Below, one piece after another: positions 8,421 to 17,828 of a stretch of DNA of 64,000 nucleotides. Each line of letters begins with the position of its first letter. Within the stretch, counting starts at the first letter, position 1. Source of the stretch: an uncultured Bacillales bacterium (GTDB taxonomy: Bacteria; Bacillota_I; Bacilli_A; RF39; UBA660). The notes below the pieces were generated by a model. It saw only the letters and a program-made list of their open reading frames with translations. It ran no database searches and was not told where the DNA came from. The stretch is from contig CAMODE010000028.1 of the NCBI GenBank assembly GCA_946611235.1, positions 601-64,600 of the forward strand, in the 5' to 3' direction. Both the position numbers and the translations under genes were made by a program.

Positions 8421-10651
8421 TATACTTCCTCCTTAAGAGTCTTCATAGCACTATCCTTAAAGATCTTCTTAGCAAACTTAGTACTAATCAAATAAGACAT
8501 AAATAATAGTATTATATAAAGTAATATATAATCTTTAACACCCATATATTCAATTATTGTATGAGCAAAACCTACATTAATAACATTAAAATAATTAAGT
8601 ACAAGGAATACTCCAAATAACAAATAAGCAATATTAGCATCATTAAGAAGTTCAATAATAAGAATTTCTCTCGATACCTTTTTAGTAGCACCTAGCATAC
8701 GAATCGTCGTAAAATAAATATTCCTAGATTTAAGTATAACCTTTATAACAAAGTAAGAAATAAAGAATAAAACTACCACTAATATAACTGTAACAATTGT
8801 TTTAAATATTCTAATTGCAGCTACTGCCTCAGAATTAACTAAAGCATCCGTAAGTTTTAAAGTAGTATAACCACTATCATTTAATTTACTAATAGTACTA
8901 TCAATATCCTTAACATTCTTAACAAAGACACTACTCTGATAACTATTCCTATTAAATAACTTATTATAATCCGTGCTACTAATAAAGATAGCCCCATTAA
9001 TACCATCAAAATCTTTAATACCAAGTAAACTTTCCATATTCTTCTTATTATAAGTCTTTTCCACTTTCAAATTAAGACTATCTTTATAATATAAATTATC
9101 AATATCAATAACAATATCACTACCTATACAATATTCATTCTTACATAAATAATTCATATCACTAGATATATATACCATTCCCTCACTAATACTTCTCTTA
9201 GGTACAATTCTAAAATTATTAACATAATTAGAACTATCATAATATTTACCTTGAAATAATACTTTTAAATTACTATACATCTGATTAATCTGATAAGTAA
9301 GATTATTAAGAATACCATCACTAACATAAATAACATCATCCATATAATAGCCATTCGAATCAGTATAAGATATACCCACTATTTTAACCGGAGTACTCTT
9401 ATCTAATTCCCCTGTATACATGTCTCTTAGATATAACTCTCTATCCATTAATTCATCAGCCATATAACGAATATAATAATCATTCTTCGAACCAGATAAA
9501 ATAACCTCATTATCATTTTCTGGTTTTCTGCCCATATCTATCTTACCATTAAAATTATCTATACTATTAACTCTTGTCGTAAGATAGTAATTATCATCAC
9601 CTAAATCAATCTGTGTATCAAGTAGTAAATCATCCTTAATAATATAATCAACATTACTAATTTTCTCTATATTACTATAGTCTTCATCACTAAAAGAAGT
9701 ACCATCTTTTTTCTTTATAATAATTCTCTCTTCGTCATTATTAAGAAAGAAACCATTATAACCGCTAATACTTTCTAAATGTTCTTCCTCTTTAAAAGAA
9801 GCATACTCTGATATCAAAGCCGTTGTAATAAATAAATAAACAAGAAGTACTAATAAAAACTTCGGTATAATATTAAAAGTATTTCTAATGCCAAGTCTTA
9901 TCTTTGATAAAAAACTAATATTCTTATAATCATTTTCTTCAGTATTAGATACTTCTTTATATTTCTTTAACTCTTTATCTTCGAGTACTTTACCATCGTG
10001 CATCTTTATCTTTCTCGTAGCATACTCTTCGACCTGTTCATAATTATGTGTAACAATAATAACAAGTTTATCTTTAGATATTTCACTAAGAAGTTTAATA
10101 ATACCTTTTGCCGACCTACTATCAAGATTACCTGTTGGTTCATCTGCTATTATAATTGGCGTATCTTTAGCAAGAGCTCTAGCAATAGCTACTCTTTGTT
10201 TTTGACCACCAGATAATTTAGATACCTTAGTATTCCTAAATTTATATAAATCAACAGTTCTAATTAATTCCAATACCTTTTCTTTAATATCTTTCTTCTT
10301 AGCCCCATTAAGTAACATTACAAGTTCAATATTCTGATATACCGTATAACTATTAACAAGATTAAAAGACTGAAAAATATTTCCAATATATCTTCTACGG
10401 TAATCCTCAAAATCAGCTTCCGTATAATGACTAGTCTCTTCCCCATTAATGTACATTTCCCCTTCTTCATAAGAATCAAGTCCACTTATAACATTAAGTA
10501 ATGTTGACTTACCACTACCAGACTCACCAGTAATAACAACAAATTCACCCATCTTAAATTCCAAATTAAGACGACTAAATCCCGAAGCAATAACCCCTTT
10601 ACTATAATAAAACTTTGATACATTCTTAAGTTTAATAATACTTTTCTCCAT
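8420..10651 (-). CDS. ABC transporter, fused ATP-binding domain and FtsX/MacB-type permease (paralogous partner)
   Basis: GESGSGKST, LSGGQKQR, IIADEPT. Overlaps the downstream paralog by 1 nt. Confidence 0.85.
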   Translation of the reverse strand: MEKSIIKLKNVSKFYYSKGVIASGFSRLNLEFKMGEFVVITGESGSGKSTLLNVISGLDSYEEGEMYINGEETSHYTEADFEDYRRRYIGNIFQSFNLVNSYTVYQNIELVMLLNGAKKKDIKEKVLELIRTVDLYKFRNTKVSKLSGGQKQRVAIARALAKDTPIIIADEPTGNLDSRSAKGIIKLLSEISKDKLVIIVTHNYEQVEEYATRKIKMHDGKVLEDKELKKYKEVSNTEENDYKNISFLSKIRLGIRNTFNIIPKFLLVLLVYLFITTALISEYASFKEEEHLESISGYNGFFLNNDEERIIIKKKDGTSFSDEDYSNIEKISNVDYIIKDDLLLDTQIDLGDDNYYLTTRVNSIDNFNGKIDMGRKPENDNEVILSGSKNDYYIRYMADELMDRELYLRDMYTGELDKSTPVKIVGISYTDSNGYYMDDVIYVSDGILNNLTYQINQMYSNLKVLFQGKYYDSSNYVNNFRIVPKRSISEGMVYISSDMNYLCKNEYCIGSDIVIDIDNLYYKDSLNLKVEKTYNKKNMESLLGIKDFDGINGAIFISSTDYNKLFNRNSYQSSVFVKNVKDIDSTISKLNDSGYTTLKLTDALVNSEAVAAIRIFKTIVTVILVVVLFFISYFVIKVILKSRNIYFTTIRMLGATKKVSREILIIELLNDANIAYLLFGVFLVLNYFNVINVGFAHTIIEYMGVKDYILLYIILLFMSYLISTKFAKKIFKDSAMKTLKEEV

Positions 10652-10787
10652 ATATTCCTCCTACATATTAATTATACTATTTTTTTATTAATTTATCTTC
10701 CTTTTTCATCATATATTTACACTTTACACATAAAGTGTAAATCATATTATAATCTAATTAATAAATGACAATACTATTTTTCTAAAA

Positions 10788-10810
10788 TGAGGTTCCAAAT
10801 TGGAACCTCA
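10788..10810. repeat. perfect palindrome TGAGGTTCCAA-A-TTGGAACCTCA
   Basis: 11-bp arms. Encodes LRFQFGTS on the minus strand of the decayed ORF6N copy. Confidence 0.9.
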
Positions 10811-10866
10811 AGTTTCCATAACAATATAATTACCTAAGTTTTTATATCTGACACCACACTTTACCT

Positions 10867-10891
10867 TTTTGGTCAATTTTTTTGACCAAAA
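10867..10891. repeat. palindrome TTTTGGTCA-(7)-TGACCAAAA
   Basis: 9-bp arms; in the decayed ORF6N copy. Confidence 0.85.
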
Positions 10892-10920
10892 GTTCATACC
10901 ATCAACATCCCTCCATTTGC

Positions 10921-10937
10921 GGTCAAAATTTTTGACC
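10921..10937. repeat. palindrome GGTCAAAA-T-TTTTGACC
   Basis: 8-bp arms; in the decayed ORF6N copy. Confidence 0.85.
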
Positions 10938-11113
10938 ACAAAATACTGTACTTATAATCACTAACTTATTTTTTTTTTTAGTACAAATCTTACAATGATA
11001 AATGTTTGTCAAATCATTATCAAGCATTATATATTTACATTTATTTCATATATTTTATCTTTAATATTTACCTTTTTTTCCATTGTCAATTCATTCATAC
11101 CAAACTCTCCTAT

Positions 11114-12049
11114 CTACAATCTACTAAGTAATTCTTTAATCATTTTTTCATCTTTAATCTTATTAATAGCAAAACACTTCTTACCTAAATCTTTAAAAGA
11201 AGCGCCACAGTGATATACATCACTTTCATCTATAATAATAAATCTATCATGAAATCCATTATCCATCTTAAAAGTAACATTACTATACTGACTATTATAT
11301 TTACTAATTAAATTATTAGCAATATTTTTACTATATATAGTAATCTTCTTATTAGTCTTTAATAAAATATCTAATAACTCTTTAGATACATAATTATCAA
11401 TAACAATAATATTCTTTTTAGAAGTATCAATAATTTTAAGAAGTAAACTATACGCATCATATATTTCCCCATCATAAAAAATTTCATTGCTAATACAATC
11501 AAACTTATAAAAAGTCTCCTTAAGTAGTTTAATATCGTTATCATGTTCTAATACTAAATTATTAATATATCTTTGTTCTAATAAATTATCCGATATAAAT
11601 CTTCTCATTCCAACAAAAGCATTCATAATAGCAATACTAGTTTTAATAGCCTTATTTGTTTTAAGTAATGAACTAAGCATAGCAACTCCTTGCTCCGTAA
11701 AAGCATATGGTAAATACTTTATATTTAGCCCTTGCCTCTTCTTGTTTTTGTTCAAGGCCACACTTTGTGGCCTTGAAATATTATTATTAACATCATTCTG
11801 TATAAAATCATCTTCATTCAAGATCACATTTTGTGATCTTGAATATAATAGTTGAAGTTCATCTTGCGTTAATTGAAAACAAAAGTCTTCAGGAAATCTA
11901 TCCTTATTTCTCTTAACAGCCTGATTAATTATTCTTGTCTCAGTATCATAAAAATACGCCAAATCCTTATCCAAAATAACTTGCTTTCCTCTTATCTCAA
12001 AAATATAATCTTCAATCTTTACATTATCTCTAACAATTATTTCATTCAT
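11114..12049 (-). CDS. ORF6N (KilA-N-related) domain protein
   Basis: N-terminal IFEIRGKQVILDKDLAYFY...RFPEDFCFQLT...YLPYAFTEQGVAMLSS and C-terminal FYDGEIYDAYSLL...IDNYVS...FHDRFIIID...YHCGASFKDLGKKCFAI. This is the typical two-domain ORF6N-family layout. Confidence 0.8.
   Translation of the reverse strand: MNEIIVRDNVKIEDYIFEIRGKQVILDKDLAYFYDTETRIINQAVKRNKDRFPEDFCFQLTQDELQLLYSRSQNVILNEDDFIQNDVNNNISRPQSVALNKNKKRQGLNIKYLPYAFTEQGVAMLSSLLKTNKAIKTSIAIMNAFVGMRRFISDNLLEQRYINNLVLEHDNDIKLLKETFYKFDCISNEIFYDGEIYDAYSLLLKIIDTSKKNIIVIDNYVSKELLDILLKTNKKITIYSKNIANNLISKYNSQYSNVTFKMDNGFHDRFIIIDESDVYHCGASFKDLGKKCFAINKIKDEKMIKELLSRL
11751..11777. repeat. intragenic palindrome TTCAAGGCCACA-CTT-TGTGGCCTTGAA
   Basis: 12-bp perfect arms. 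Encodes SRPQSVALN. Confidence 0.9.
11816..11844. repeat. intragenic palindrome ATTCAAGATCACA-TTT-TGTGATCTTGAAT
   Basis: 13-bp perfect arms. Encodes SRSQNVILN. Same flanks as 11751-11777 but a compensated core (AT/AT versus GC/GC). Confidence 0.9.
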
Positions 12050-12064
12050 CTATATCCCTCCCAT

Positions 12065-12919
12065 CTACAGTCTACTAAATAATTCTTTAATCATTTTTTC
12101 ATCTTTAATCTTACAAATAGCAAAACACTTCTTACTCAAATCTTTAAAGGAAGCTCCACAGTGATATACATCACTTTCATCTATAATTATAAATCGATCA
12201 TGGAATCTATTATCAATCTTAAAAATAACATTACTATACTGACTATTATATTTATTAATTAAATTATTATCTATATTTTTACTATATATAGTAATATCTT
12301 TATTAGTCTTAGATAAAACATCCAATAACTCTTTAGATACATAATTATCAATAACAATAATATTCTTTTTAGAAGTATCAATAATTTTAAGAAGTAAACT
12401 ATATGCATCATATATTTCTCCATCATAAAATATCTCATTACTAAATGTTTTATTATTAAAATTATTTTCTAATATTTTAATTCTATCATCATGATCCAAT
12501 AACATATTCTTATAAAAATTTTGTTCTAATAAACTATTAGATAAATAGTTTTTCATTTTAATAAAAGCATCCACTATTTTTAAACTCATTTTAATAGCCA
12601 AATCACTTTTTAAAACACCTGCAAGCATTGTAACACCATGTTCGGTAAAGACATATGGTAAATACTTTCTATGTTCACCACGTCCCTTATTCTTTAAGGT
12701 GCCAAATTGGCACCTTAAAGAATTATATTCACTCTCAGTTAACTGAAAGCAATAATTTTCAGGAAATCTTTTAATATTTCTAGCAACTTGTCGATTTAAT
12801 TGTTTAGTCTCGTATTCAAAGAACATAGCAAGATCAGAATCAAGCATAACCCTTTGACCTCTTACCTCATAAATATAATTTTCAATTCTAACATCATCTT
12901 TAATTATTAACTCATTCAT
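12065..12919 (-). CDS. ORF6N (KilA-N-related) domain protein, tandem paralog
   Basis: MNELIIKDDVRIENYIYEVRGQRVMLDSDLA...RFPENYCFQLT...YLPYVFTEHGV. Start trimmed to the Met after GGAGGG SD (ORF track 13000). The 3' ~440 nt are near-identical to 11114-11560. Confidence 0.8.
   Translation of the reverse strand: MNELIIKDDVRIENYIYEVRGQRVMLDSDLAMFFEYETKQLNRQVARNIKRFPENYCFQLTESEYNSLRCQFGTLKNKGRGEHRKYLPYVFTEHGVTMLAGVLKSDLAIKMSLKIVDAFIKMKNYLSNSLLEQNFYKNMLLDHDDRIKILENNFNNKTFSNEIFYDGEIYDAYSLLLKIIDTSKKNIIVIDNYVSKELLDVLSKTNKDITIYSKNIDNNLINKYNSQYSNVIFKIDNRFHDRFIIIDESDVYHCGASFKDLSKKCFAICKIKDEKMIKELFSRL
12691..12721. repeat. intragenic palindrome TCTTTAAGGTGCCAA-A-TTGGCACCTTAAAGA
   Basis: 15-bp perfect arms. 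Encodes SLRCQFGTLKN. Confidence 0.9.
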
Positions 12920-13080
12920 ACCAAAACCCTCCAAAAAATTATTTTTTTTACCGCCAATCTTAGGTACCAAAACTTTATCACAAATCATATAGCATGTCAA
13001 TACATTTTTTAATATATTTATTTACTTGAACAAAAAAAGATAACTGTATTAGTTATCTTTCCGATATATATTTAAAATTA

Positions 13081-13644
13081 TTAAACACAAAATGAAGTCA
13101 ATTCAAAATATTTACCAATTGAATCAATAAGTAAAATATAATTGCATCCGCCAGCATTTGCTTTTCTTGTATTGTATGTTATTATTTCTTGAATATTACT
13201 GTATTCGTCCAATTTAACTGCATTAAAGTTGCTTACATCAGTGCTTGTTGAATTATACTTATATACATTACCAGATTTAGTTAAAATATATAGTATATAT
13301 TCATCAGTAGGTGAAGTAAATAATATGATATCTTTAGCATCAGATATATTTTCTATATTTTCATTAAAATCAACACTTACTGTTCCATTAATATCTAAAC
13401 TAAATGTATGTTTACTATCATTTTCTATTTTTAAAATATTAAAATCACTTTTACCAAACTTATTCAATTCTTCAACATCTAATTCATTATTTACACATTT
13501 ATTATTATCCTTAGCTACTGAATTATCTCCTAATTCATCCTTTCCACTATCCTTATTAACGCCAATATACACTCCCATAGCAATAACAATTAAACTAAGT
13601 ACAATAACCAAAACCGCAAGTACATTATTAATATTCTTTTTCAT
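13081..13644 (-). CDS. membrane-anchored hypothetical protein
   Basis: 187-aa ORF with N-terminal TM (VLAVLVIVLSLIVIAMGVYIGV) and AGGAGAC SD. Confidence 0.6.
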   Translation of the reverse strand: MKKNINNVLAVLVIVLSLIVIAMGVYIGVNKDSGKDELGDNSVAKDNNKCVNNELDVEELNKFGKSDFNILKIENDSKHTFSLDINGTVSVDFNENIENISDAKDIILFTSPTDEYILYILTKSGNVYKYNSTSTDVSNFNAVKLDEYSNIQEIITYNTRKANAGGCNYILLIDSIGKYFELTSFCV

Positions 13645-13813
13645 TTTTTTAGTCTCCTTCTACTATAATAATAGCATATGTCCTAAAAAAAAACAATATT
13701 ATTTTACTATTTCAAATAAAATTCATATACCAGCCTCTTCACGTAAAGGACCATGGAGAAGTAACTTGTTACTTCGGGTAAAACATAAAAAAAGAAAGAG
13801 AACAAGTCTCTTC

Positions 13814-13975
13814 CTACATCATATTTTCTAGGTCACTAATGGCTTTAGTTTTAGCAGAATTCATCTTTCTAACTATCTTTCTCATATTACCATTCTTAAT
13901 ATTCATGTATAATGCAGCACTACCTACACCTATACCCATTCCTAGCATCATATTTCCAATACTAGTTTTTTTCAT
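13814..13975 (-). CDS. small hypothetical protein (53 aa), not in the ORF track
   Basis: Own translation: MKKTSIGNMMLGMGIGVGSAALYMNIKNGNMRKIVRKMNSAKTKAISDLENMM, with SD GAGAGGTG upstream. Confidence 0.35.
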   Translation of the reverse strand: MKKTSIGNMMLGMGIGVGSAALYMNIKNGNMRKIVRKMNSAKTKAISDLENMM

Positions 13976-14063
13976 AAATTATCACCTCTCTAAAATATGA
14001 AGAGTATTTAATAAATAATAATTAAATACCACTAATAGTATTAGAAAAATAAATAAAATTATA

Positions 14064-16244
14064 CTAATAATTATATTTATTAATAATAAAATCCTTTAAA
14101 GTAGTCTTCCTATTATCTACATAATCATTATTAATACCATACATAAAAGAATTAGGATCTCCTACTATAATAAGACTCTTCTTAGCTCTTGTAACACCCG
14201 TATAAACAAGTTTATTATATAGCATTCTCTTAAAAGAAATAGTAATAGGCATAATTACCGTATCAAATTCACTACCCTGAGCCTTATGAATACTAATAGC
14301 ATAACCATGTCTAAAATTAATAAACTTGTCTGGTGTATACTCTACAACATTACCATCATAATTAATATTAATCTGATTAATAATCTTTTTATCTTTTGAT
14401 ATAATAATATCATCAATATACCCAATATCCCCATTATAAACATTATTATCCGGATCATTAACAAGTTGTAATACCTTATCTCCTACCCTATAAATAACCT
14501 CTCTATAAGTAATCTGTTTTTTCTTTTCACTACCAGGATTAAATAACTCCTGCAGCATAATATTTAAGTTATCAATTCCATTAATCCCCTTATACATCGG
14601 AGCAAGTACTTGCACTTCTCTATCCGATAATCCTTTTTTAATAGCCTTACCTACAACTTCTCTAACATAATTCAAAGTATTATCATTATCACTATTAATA
14701 AATAAATAATCCTCTTTCTTAATAAATAAATCCTCACTAATATTCTTTTCTTTAATATCATAAGCCAAATTCAAAATATAAGAACCTTCACTCTGTCTAT
14801 ATATCTGATTTAACCTAATAACAGGTAAAACATCACTATCAATTAAATCTTTAAGTATCTGACCCTCACTAACACTAGGTAGTTGGTAGTAGTCACCAAC
14901 CAAAATCAGTTTAGAATCTCTTCTTATCCCTCTAAGTAAAGCTTCCATAAGTAAAGTATCAATCATACTAACTTCATCTACTATTATATATTTTTCTGAA
15001 TTAGGACTAAACTCATCTACTTCAAAAGAATTCGTATCCTTATCCCATCCCAAATACTTATGAATAGTAGAAGCACTTCTACCAGTCGTTTCCATCATCT
15101 TTTTTGCTGCTCTACCCGTCGGAGCAAGTAAAGCTATATCATTATCTCTAAGTTTATAAGCTTCCGTTAGTATCTTAACAATAGCCTTAATAATCGTTGT
15201 TTTACCAGTACCAGGTCCTCCCGTAATAATAGTAAGATTATTATTAACCCCACACTGGATAGCTTTTCTTTGAATATCATCATACTCTATCCCATTAAAC
15301 TTCTCATTATCAATATACTTTTCTATATTAACAGTACCATTATCTTCAATATCATTAAGAAAGCATATCCTATCCGTAATATACTTTTCTGCCTCATAAA
15401 ACTTCTTCAAATAATATCTTTTATCTTCTACGACTAACTTTCTATCTCTAATAAGTTTCATAATTAAGTAATCAAGTCTTTCTGGAGTAATACTAACATA
15501 ACTAGATAAATTAAAAGATATTTCTTCTAAATTCAAATAAGTATCCCCATTATTAAAACATAAACTCTTCATAACATAAATAATTAAAGCTAAGAGTCTT
15601 CTTTCATCATCTTCTTCTATTCCCATATTAATAGCAATTTCATCAATCTTTGTAAAAGGCATATCATCACTATCAATAAGCTCATATATATTATTATTAA
15701 CCGTATCAAGAATTTTACCCTCATACTTATTCAAAAAAGATAAACTCTCTTTCATTTCAAAACCAAGTTTAGTAAGTTCAATAACAATATTCGAAGTATT
15801 CTGATAATCTTTTAAAACATTATATATTTTATCAATCTTTTTATCAGTAAGCCTTGGTATTCCTATTAGACAAGACTTATCTTCAAGTATTTTATTAATT
15901 GTTTCTTCTTTATATCTACTAACAATCTTTTCTGCTGTTTTTTCTCCTATCGGAAATAAATCACTAGATAAAAAAGTTACTAACTCTTCCTCTTTAGAAG
16001 GCATTACTATATCAAAAGAACTAACATTAAACTGAATACCATATTTTTTATGATTAACAATTTCTCCATAAAGAATATATTCTTTTTTTTCACTTAAACT
16101 AGGAAGAACTCCCGTAATATTAATAATATTATCTTCAAAAGAAGTATTAGTTTCTTTAATTTTAAATAAAGCAACCATATAACCATTCATCTCATTACGA
16201 TATATTTCTCTATATAAATGACCTTTAATATATTCCTTATCCAT
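14064..16244 (-). CDS. recD2: ATP-dependent RecD-like DNA helicase (SF1B)
   Basis: Walker A GGPGTGKTT, IVDEVSMID, SIHKAQGSEF, YTGVTRAK. Size and N-terminal OB/HhH region are typical of RecD2. Confidence 0.9.
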   Translation of the reverse strand: MDKEYIKGHLYREIYRNEMNGYMVALFKIKETNTSFEDNIINITGVLPSLSEKKEYILYGEIVNHKKYGIQFNVSSFDIVMPSKEEELVTFLSSDLFPIGEKTAEKIVSRYKEETINKILEDKSCLIGIPRLTDKKIDKIYNVLKDYQNTSNIVIELTKLGFEMKESLSFLNKYEGKILDTVNNNIYELIDSDDMPFTKIDEIAINMGIEEDDERRLLALIIYVMKSLCFNNGDTYLNLEEISFNLSSYVSITPERLDYLIMKLIRDRKLVVEDKRYYLKKFYEAEKYITDRICFLNDIEDNGTVNIEKYIDNEKFNGIEYDDIQRKAIQCGVNNNLTIITGGPGTGKTTIIKAIVKILTEAYKLRDNDIALLAPTGRAAKKMMETTGRSASTIHKYLGWDKDTNSFEVDEFSPNSEKYIIVDEVSMIDTLLMEALLRGIRRDSKLILVGDYYQLPSVSEGQILKDLIDSDVLPVIRLNQIYRQSEGSYILNLAYDIKEKNISEDLFIKKEDYLFINSDNDNTLNYVREVVGKAIKKGLSDREVQVLAPMYKGINGIDNLNIMLQELFNPGSEKKKQITYREVIYRVGDKVLQLVNDPDNNVYNGDIGYIDDIIISKDKKIINQININYDGNVVEYTPDKFINFRHGYAISIHKAQGSEFDTVIMPITISFKRMLYNKLVYTGVTRAKKSLIIVGDPNSFMYGINNDYVDNRKTTLKDFIINKYNY

Positions 16245-16309
16245 AGTATACCTCTTTTCTTACTAATTATATCAATTAAAAAAAAAGAAGTAAAGAGTTA
16301 TTATATTAT

Positions 16310-16351
16310 TACGCTATCGCTTCCCGAATTAACAAGTTAATCCTCCATAAC
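16310..16351 (+). repeat. ~42-nt GC-enriched intergenic repeat, copy A
   Basis: acgctatcgcttcccgaattaacaagttaatcctccataacc; lies upstream of recD2. Confidence 0.6.
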
Positions 16352-16365
16352 CAAATACCCATAAA

Positions 16366-16884
16366 TTATTTATGCATAGTAAGTTTTTTCTTCATAACAT
16401 GTTTATCACTTATTACATAATTATCCTGATTACAAATTATTCTACTATTATTTTTAATATTATCTTTATTAATAAGTAATTTATATTCACAAAGTAATTC
16501 ATTAAGCATCTTTCCTTGTTTTAATATTTCGTTAGATAAAGCATTATATACATTATCATATCGTTTCTCAGTACTTTTAATAATATACTTAACCATTATT
16601 TTGCTAATAAAAGACAAAGAAATAATATTTGCTATAATAATCATTAATAAAAGTTTAGATGTTGTCACAGCTATAATACCAAATAAAATACAGCTAACAA
16701 AAATAATCGGATAAGTAACAAACTTTCTAATCATAATCATTGAATTCTTTTTAATATACATATCTTTATTTCTAATAAATTCATTTAACTCTTCTTTACA
16801 AAATACCTTTTTAAGAGCTAAAGAACTAATACTATCCTCTATCTCATTTATTCTTTTCCATTCTTCATCACTATAATTACACAT
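16366..16884 (-). CDS. hypothetical membrane protein
   Basis: 172-aa ORF with two central TM segments. Confidence 0.5.
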   Translation of the reverse strand: MCNYSDEEWKRINEIEDSISSLALKKVFCKEELNEFIRNKDMYIKKNSMIMIRKFVTYPIIFVSCILFGIIAVTTSKLLLMIIIANIISLSFISKIMVKYIIKSTEKRYDNVYNALSNEILKQGKMLNELLCEYKLLINKDNIKNNSRIICNQDNYVISDKHVMKKKLTMHK

Positions 16885-16952
16885 ATTTATCCAAGACCTC
16901 CATAATATTATTCTACTATAAATAAAACATACTAGTCAACCAAAAAGAACCA

Positions 16953-17828
16953 TCATTTCTGATAGTTCATAATCAAATTACTAGTTTTATACAAATAATC
17001 TATTATCTTATTAATCTTAATACACATATTATATTCATTACCACTATCTTCAATTACAGGAGGAATAGCCATATAACTAAATAAAAGTAATCTTTCTTCT
17101 TCTTTTAAAGGATACTTAATCTCATAATATTTGAATAAATCATTAAAATCAATATTTAAATAATGATTCTTATAAAAAGATAACAAATCAAATATTGGGC
17201 TATCAATTCTTGATTTATTAAAACTAATTAAATATGGCTTATCACTCTTAAGATAGTGATTTAAATTAATATTACCATGAATAAGCACATTTCTCATATT
17301 CTTATTATCTTGAACTAATTTATACCATTTTTCAATACTATCTTTAACATAATAAATACTACTAAATATAATATTAATATTTCTAGCAATTAAATATGAA
17401 GAAGGAGACATATATACTTCTCTTTCAATATTATCAATAATATTATTATAATAATTATCTAGATAATTAGTTTTCTCTATCATACTCTCATATATTTCTT
17501 TAATCTTATCAATATCAATTTCTTTATAAAAAGTTGTCTTACTATGAAGTAAACTAATCAAATACATTAAATCCTGAGCTTTTTGCTCTATTGGTTCATG
17601 AATATCTTCAATAAAAGGATATATTTCAAAAGACTTATTTATTTCCACTGGATAAGGAAAATAATCAAAAGCTCTTGATTTTAAATAATCATATGTCTTC
17701 ATAATATCATTATTAACTCTTGGTTTAAAAACTAATCTATCATCAATAATTCTTGTATTACCCCTAATAGTAATTTTAAAAGAATTAATATTATATTTAT
17801 CAAGTACTTCTCTTAAATCATTTTTCAT
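16953..17828 (-). CDS. CotS-family (kinase-fold) spore coat protein, YsxE-like
   Basis: 291 aa with VLIHGNINLNHYL (kinase-like H-x-N). Sits immediately downstream of a spoVID-like gene, as ysxE does in B. subtilis. Confidence 0.5.
   Translation of the reverse strand: MKNDLREVLDKYNINSFKITIRGNTRIIDDRLVFKPRVNNDIMKTYDYLKSRAFDYFPYPVEINKSFEIYPFIEDIHEPIEQKAQDLMYLISLLHSKTTFYKEIDIDKIKEIYESMIEKTNYLDNYYNNIIDNIEREVYMSPSSYLIARNINIIFSSIYYVKDSIEKWYKLVQDNKNMRNVLIHGNINLNHYLKSDKPYLISFNKSRIDSPIFDLLSFYKNHYLNIDFNDLFKYYEIKYPLKEEERLLLFSYMAIPPVIEDSGNEYNMCIKINKIIDYLYKTSNLIMNYQK

Larger units (their letters stand above)
10788..11098 (-). pseudogene. decayed third ORF6N-domain gene copy
   Basis: Own translation: SD AGGAGAG then ATG at 11096-11098 gives MNELTMEKKVNIKDKIYEINVNI*. 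Further fragments follow in other frames: MLDNDLTNIYHCKI, LWSKILTAN, FWSKKLTKK, LRFQFGTS. These are colinear with the N-termini of the two intact paralogs. Confidence 0.6.

Noticed and set aside
10995-11213. Plus-strand 72-aa ORF between the ABC operon and the ORF6N genes.
   Set aside because: It is antisense to the ORF6N 3' end and to the decayed third copy, and its product is low complexity.
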